In this document: positions 58,923 to 64,000 of the stretch, in pieces
How positions within the stretch are numbered: the first letter of the stretch is position 1
Layout: every line of letters begins with the position of its first letter
Source: a virus
Taxonomy: Duplodnaviria; Caudoviricetes
DNA: 64,000 nucleotides
Virus record (IMG/VR): IMGVR_UViG_3300013901_000008
Span: 32,001-96,000 of that record
Strand: one strand, 5' to 3'
Made by a program: the position numbers and the translations under genes
Notes under the pieces: generated by a model
What the model saw: only the letters and a program-made list of their open reading frames with translations
Told to the model about the DNA's origin: nothing
The model's database searches: none

Positions 58923-59093
58923 ATGATAGTTATCAACAACAAGGAGGTTTCCGCCATCCGCTTGGGCGAGAAGGTGGTGAGTGCGGTATATAAGGGCGCA
59001 GTGCTTGTTTGGCAGGCTATTCGTTCCTGCTTTGGTATGGGCTATTGGGATGATGACCAACCATGGAAGGATGATGACGCATGGAAAGATTAG
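58923..59093 (+). CDS. small tail-fibre-associated protein (56 aa), absent from the ORF track
   Basis: MIVINNKEVSAIRLGEKVVSAVYKGAVLVWQAIRSCFGMGYWDDDQPWKDDDAWKD. Confidence 0.7.
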   Translation: MIVINNKEVSAIRLGEKVVSAVYKGAVLVWQAIRSCFGMGYWDDDQPWKDDDAWKD

Positions 59094-59132
59094 ATATTAA
59101 GAATGAATTTGTAATGTTAAAACACGTAGTTT

Positions 59133-62100
59133 ATGGCAAAGAATATCATAGATGAGGAAATCATGGACTTCACGACTGCATGGAATAACTATAAGGGTAG
59201 TCGTGTGCGTCAGTTTATCCAAAAATCATTGGAAAATGATGCACTTCTCATCAAAGAGATGAGGAACGCAAAAGCCTCCTATATCAATACTTTATCGACC
59301 GATACCGCAACAGGACTTGTAACGGTTGGTTTGTTTGCAGACGAGGAAGCTTATACGACATGGTTGAAAGACAAGGATAACCATGGTTTTTTACTACTGT
59401 CAAGTGCCGAGATACCTATGGGCAGCGGTGGAGGCTCTGCGGAGTCATCCTACATCGTGAAGCTCACCAACGCTGGTGAAAGGACCATCACGGCGACCAA
59501 GAAGAGTGACTTGGTGGCGAAGATTCGCTTCACCTCACAGCTCTACGACCCATCGGACGGCAGCAAGAGCGACACGAACGAGGAGGCGGACTTGCAGATT
59601 GAGACCCGAATGCAAAACTCATCCGAGTGGAAGGTGGCAGGGACTATATCAATAGGCTCGCAGCCATCAGACGGTTCGACATACACCGAGGTTGACCTGT
59701 CCCCTTATTGCGTGGACGGCACTCAGAGCGTGCGCATGATAGCTATCGGCAAGACATCGAACAAGAAGACGCCTTACGTGAACATCACCGTGACGCTCAC
59801 CAACATTCAGATTACCTATCAGACGAAGTGGCAGAATCCATTTGAGTACAAGGCTAATTCGGCTACAATCTCCATTCCGCTGAATATCACGGGAACCATC
59901 AGCAAGGTGCTGCACTTGAAGGTTGCTTCTGGCGACGGCACGTATTCTCGTACCTATGATTACAACATCGGTACGGATACCTATACGGAGACACCTTACA
60001 TAGCGTACATCGACCATCCTAACGCCCATGGTCTCTACACTATCGAGGCATGGATTACGTCGGGTGACAGCGTGAGAACGGAATCTGTGTCGCAGACCAT
60101 TATGTGTACGCTCTCGGGCAATACCACCCCACTCTTGGTTGTCAACAACGTGGGTACGTTCCAAAACTGGAGCAGCGTATCGGCTTTTGACTATGCCATA
60201 TACAACCCGAACACTGATAGCACGGACATTTCGTTTGTACTTACCAACTTGGAATCGGAGAATATCATCTATTCCGAGACCATTCAGAATGTGCAGAACG
60301 GCGTGATAGGCTCGCTCATCTTTGACTTGGAGGTGGAGACCGAGGACAACACCAACTTCCCAGCTTCCATGTCGTTCACATCGAACAAGGTGGTGTTGCG
60401 AGACCCATTGCGTGTCGTGGTGGACAATAGCGAGAACTTTGCTCCTACATCGGGTGCTGACTTCTTTCTGAACCCTAAGACCCGAAACAACAGCGAGAGT
60501 GCGCCTAACACCATCGTGAACGCCATGAATGGACAACAGGTGAAGGCTACCTTCGAGGGACTGTCTTTCATCAGTGACGGTTGGCTCGTGGACGAGAACA
60601 CCAAGGCTCGCTGCTTGCGTGTGCTTGATGGAGAGAAAATCAACATCAGCTATGACGCCTATTCGGACGATACTCCATCGCAGGGTCTTTCCATTGAGGT
60701 GGACTTTGCCACAAGAAACGTGACCGACGAGAACGGAACGTTGTTGCAGATGGGTACGCAATCGACCACCGACGATTACTTGGTGGGCTTTTGGCTGAAA
60801 GCGCAGGAGAGCTGCTTCATGACCATGGAGAAACGTGTGGAAGGCTCGCAGAACTGGATATATTCAAAGGAGACGAGAACGCACGTTGTAATCAACATCG
60901 TGCCTAACCTCTACAGCCAAGGCGTGAACTATGTGCGTGTGTTCATCAACGGCATCATCAGTCGTGAGTTCGTCTATACGGACAGCGACAACTTCTGGCA
61001 AGCCGTGAATGGAATCAAGAAGACTGGCGGAATCGTCATTGCTCCACAAGGTGCGGACATCGATATCTACGCTTTGCGCATTTACAAGAAATCCCTCTCT
61101 GCCAATGATATTCGCCAAAACCGCCTTTCCTCTTTCGCTACAATCGAGGAGAAGAAGGCATTCAAGAACGAAAACGACATCTTGGGCGAGAGTGGCTTGA
61201 TTTCGTATGCCAAGGCTTATGAGAAGTACAATACGTTGCTGTATAAGGGCAGCGTTCCGTCGTTGAAGTCACCAACATCGACCGTCGGCGACATCGTTAT
61301 CCACAAGGTTGGAGACCCTGCGCATTCGGGCACATTGTATAATATGACACGCAAGGGACAAGGCTCAACCTCCAAGAAGTATTGGACTTGGAACATTCAG
61401 AGTGACTTCAAGGGAGACCCAGAAACCAATTATTGGGAAGACGAGAACGGCGTGAACCACGGTCAATGCTATCAGAACGCGGACGGATTGCCTATGGCTA
61501 AGAAGCTCGTCGATAAGCGCAACTGGGCTTCGTCTCCACAGTCTCACAAGATGGGTGCGACCAAGCTCTACAATGACCTTTACCGAGAGGTTGTGGGCAA
61601 GAACGAGATTACAAGCCAAGAGGGTATGGAGAATTGCCGTGTGGCTGTCTATGAAGACCCATTCCTTGTGTTTCAGCAGACGGAGAATGACAGTTATCCT
61701 GTATTCATCGGCTTGGGCACTTTTGGCTCGGGCAAGGCTGACAAGCCTACCTTCGGCTACGACAAGGAGAAGTCGCCTGACATGCTGATGATAGAGGGCT
61801 CTGACAACAACCCACGACTTACGAAGCATCAAGTGCCTTGGATTCCTGGCGATGTAAACTACGATTCCGAGGAGGAAGGCTATGTGTATGCTGGGACTAC
61901 TTCATGGGACTACGACATGGGAAACCAAGACACCATATCACGGTTCATCGAGGCGTTCAACTTCGTGTATTCACTCAGCAACCGTTTGAAACCTTTCAAC
62001 GGCACGCTTACGCAGTTAAAGGCATCGAAAGACCTTGACATTAGCTATTGCTATTGGGTAACGAAGGTGGAAAACGGCTCGGCACGCTACGATATGTACC

Positions 62101-64000
62101 GCTACGACGAAATCAACAAGACATGGGTAGCTGGTGGTATCACCAAGAACGAGGATGGCAGCTATGCCACCTTGAACGTCAAGGACCAGATAGCGAGTCG
62201 CCTTGGCTCGGACTTCACCAACCATGAGACTTACTTGGAGTGGGACAAGGTGAACGAGGACTTCATAAAGGCTCGCCGTGCGGAGTTTGCCGACAAGGTG
62301 GGCAAGTACTTCCACAAGAAGGACATTCTCTTCTTCATGTGCATGATGAAGTTGCTGGCGGCTTGCGACAACAGAGCGAAAAACACCTACTTCTGGGTGT
62401 TCAACTCGACATCCCTCATCCGTGCGTTTCAAGACGACTTGGATTCCATCTTGCCTTTCGACAACCAGGGAAAGCTGACCAAGCCGTATTGGGTGGAGGA
62501 ACATGACTTCGACGAGACGCTTGGTAAGAACTACTGGAACGGCGAGGACAACGTGCTCTACAACTTGATGGAGGAGTGCTTTGTGGCTGACTTGCGCTCC
62601 ACCATGAAGGAAATCCTCTCTGCCATGGCGAAGCTGGGCGGTGGCACGGTGGAGGGCTGTTGGGAGAAGTACTTCCTTTCAACCAACAAGTATTTTCCTG
62701 CCGTGGCTTACAACGAGTTTGCGAGAATAGGATATGAGTATGCCCACTACCAGATGGTGAATGGCAACTACAACAACGACACCGACCCTATCACGCAGTC
62801 GCTCGGTAGCCAGGAGGAAGGCGAGAGACAATGGATGAGAGACAGGACTGTCTATATGAGTAGCTACGCCAAGTACGGTGAGTTTGACCCTGCGAGTCCA
62901 TCGGGAGGAAACATCAACTACCGCTCCACCGAGCAGATGGAAGTGAGGTTCGACCTAACGATGGCGATGTGGCTCTACCCTGTCGTGACCATCGGACAAA
63001 GCACCATTCTTGATGGTAAGCGTGTGAAGGCTGGGGAGCAGGTTTCAGTGTCGGGTGTCACGGACAGCAACACGCAGAACATCGTATGTGGCGTGAACTA
63101 CATGAGCGACATCGGCACATGGTACGACAAGCCAGCCAACGAGACCTTTGCTTTCAATGGTAGCCGTGTGAGGAAACTTATAGCAGGTACTGACAACAAG
63201 AGTGACATACACTTGAAGGCGACCTCCATGACGGTAGGGGCGATGAAGGCTCTTCGCACGATGGACGTGCATAACATTTTCTCCTTGACAGGAACGATTG
63301 ATGTGTCGAACAACGTAAGGCTGGAGTCTCTTGACGCTCGTGGAACTTCGCTTACGGGAGTCTCCTTGCCTACACAGGAGTTCTTGAAGTCAGTGAAGCT
63401 CCCTTCCACGATGACTAACCTTACACTCAACGGTCAGCGTGGCTTGACGGAGATTTCCTTGGAGGGATATTCCAATTTGCAAACCGTCTATATCAACCAA
63501 GAGACCTGTCCTAACATCAGTGCGCTCGACATCATCGGGAAAATCAAGGACAGCAAGAACCTCTCCAAGCTCACCATTCTTGGAGTGGATTGGACGGACG
63601 TGTCGGCTGACACGCTTTCCTGGCTGCTCGACAAGCAAGCCAAGCTGACAGGCAGGATTACCCTCTCTGAGAGCGTGAGCGTGGATGCTACCTTGAAGAT
63701 GCGCATGGTGGGTATGTGGGGGAAAATCGACGATGAGGATAACAGCCTCTATGTGACCTACACCAAGGTGGGGATAACGAGTGCGTCCTTGAAAGGAAAC
63801 CGTTACTTTGCATCTGATGGGAACTATACCTTGAAGCTATCCACTTCCCCATCCAACGGCAACGACATCGTGTATGTGTCATGGAAGATGAGCGACAACG
63901 CATTTGCCACCATCGACCAGAAGACAGGTGTGATTAGTGTTTCTGAGGTTGGTAGCCGTGAGAATGATGACAAGGCGACCGTGACAGTCACACTGCAACT
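59133..64000 (+). CDS. giant tail/adhesin protein (>1620 aa, 3'-truncated): Ig-like, LamG-like, CotH-kinase-like and LRR regions
   Basis: ATG at 59133 (MAKNIIDEE); spot checks at 62343 and 63963 are in the same frame. Contains AACDNRAKNTY...QDDLDSILPFDNQG and LESLDARGTSLTGVSLP. Missing from the track, consistent with having no stop in the window. Confidence 0.8.
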   Translation, partial: MAKNIIDEEIMDFTTAWNNYKGSRVRQFIQKSLENDALLIKEMRNAKASYINTLSTDTATGLVTVGLFADEEAYTTWLKDKDNHGFLLLSSAEIPMGSGGGSAESSYIVKLTNAGERTITATKKSDLVAKIRFTSQLYDPSDGSKSDTNEEADLQIETRMQNSSEWKVAGTISIGSQPSDGSTYTEVDLSPYCVDGTQSVRMIAIGKTSNKKTPYVNITVTLTNIQITYQTKWQNPFEYKANSATISIPLNITGTISKVLHLKVASGDGTYSRTYDYNIGTDTYTETPYIAYIDHPNAHGLYTIEAWITSGDSVRTESVSQTIMCTLSGNTTPLLVVNNVGTFQNWSSVSAFDYAIYNPNTDSTDISFVLTNLESENIIYSETIQNVQNGVIGSLIFDLEVETEDNTNFPASMSFTSNKVVLRDPLRVVVDNSENFAPTSGADFFLNPKTRNNSESAPNTIVNAMNGQQVKATFEGLSFISDGWLVDENTKARCLRVLDGEKINISYDAYSDDTPSQGLSIEVDFATRNVTDENGTLLQMGTQSTTDDYLVGFWLKAQESCFMTMEKRVEGSQNWIYSKETRTHVVINIVPNLYSQGVNYVRVFINGIISREFVYTDSDNFWQAVNGIKKTGGIVIAPQGADIDIYALRIYKKSLSANDIRQNRLSSFATIEEKKAFKNENDILGESGLISYAKAYEKYNTLLYKGSVPSLKSPTSTVGDIVIHKVGDPAHSGTLYNMTRKGQGSTSKKYWTWNIQSDFKGDPETNYWEDENGVNHGQCYQNADGLPMAKKLVDKRNWASSPQSHKMGATKLYNDLYREVVGKNEITSQEGMENCRVAVYEDPFLVFQQTENDSYPVFIGLGTFGSGKADKPTFGYDKEKSPDMLMIEGSDNNPRLTKHQVPWIPGDVNYDSEEEGYVYAGTTSWDYDMGNQDTISRFIEAFNFVYSLSNRLKPFNGTLTQLKASKDLDISYCYWVTKVENGSARYDMYRYDEINKTWVAGGITKNEDGSYATLNVKDQIASRLGSDFTNHETYLEWDKVNEDFIKARRAEFADKVGKYFHKKDILFFMCMMKLLAACDNRAKNTYFWVFNSTSLIRAFQDDLDSILPFDNQGKLTKPYWVEEHDFDETLGKNYWNGEDNVLYNLMEECFVADLRSTMKEILSAMAKLGGGTVEGCWEKYFLSTNKYFPAVAYNEFARIGYEYAHYQMVNGNYNNDTDPITQSLGSQEEGERQWMRDRTVYMSSYAKYGEFDPASPSGGNINYRSTEQMEVRFDLTMAMWLYPVVTIGQSTILDGKRVKAGEQVSVSGVTDSNTQNIVCGVNYMSDIGTWYDKPANETFAFNGSRVRKLIAGTDNKSDIHLKATSMTVGAMKALRTMDVHNIFSLTGTIDVSNNVRLESLDARGTSLTGVSLPTQEFLKSVKLPSTMTNLTLNGQRGLTEISLEGYSNLQTVYINQETCPNISALDIIGKIKDSKNLSKLTILGVDWTDVSADTLSWLLDKQAKLTGRITLSESVSVDATLKMRMVGMWGKIDDEDNSLYVTYTKVGITSASLKGNRYFASDGNYTLKLSTSPSNGNDIVYVSWKMSDNAFATIDQKTGVISVSEVGSRENDDKATVTVTLQ

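Noticed and set aside
54734-64000. Diversity-generating retroelement or invertible tail-fibre locus
   Set aside because: No reverse transcriptase, invertase, TR/VR pair or inverted repeats seen in this window; such a locus could lie downstream.
1-64000. Prophage boundaries, integrase, tRNAs or host chromosome segments
   Set aside because: None seen. The host-like genes (lysR, KAS, ACP, gmk) are embedded among phage genes, so lifestyle cannot be settled from this window.

Overview
The whole window is part of a tailed (siphovirus-like) phage or prophage of a Bacteroidales host. Promoters use the TAnnTTTG -7 box, and the 7-8-mer intergenic repeats look Prevotella-like. Structural genes sit in five separately promoted blocks: terminase (minus strand), holin/neck/tape measure, protease-scaffold/capsid/tail tube, endolysin/portal/adaptor/tail, and tail fibres (the last ORF runs off the window). 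Between them lie an iteron-rich origin with a primase, a gmk/thyX/mazG block and two accessory regions. No integrase, DNA polymerase, helicase, tRNA, CRISPR array or reverse transcriptase is visible. Best leads: (1) a DNA-methylation toolkit with two adenine/N4-type methyltransferases frameshifted at G/C homopolymers, plus three free-standing modules resembling target-recognition domains (TRDs) of C5 methyltransferases; (2) a LysR-linked six-gene Cys-rich cassette of unknown function; (3) a beta-ketoacyl synthase plus ACP inside the tail operon; (4) a three-domain structured RNA candidate in the late operon; (5) an exactly spaced late-promoter motif, TTTGTCCC-N21-TAnnTTTG (5 copies), and a CAGGATAACA leader motif before head/packaging genes. 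Family assignments come from motif recognition by eye, not from database searches.
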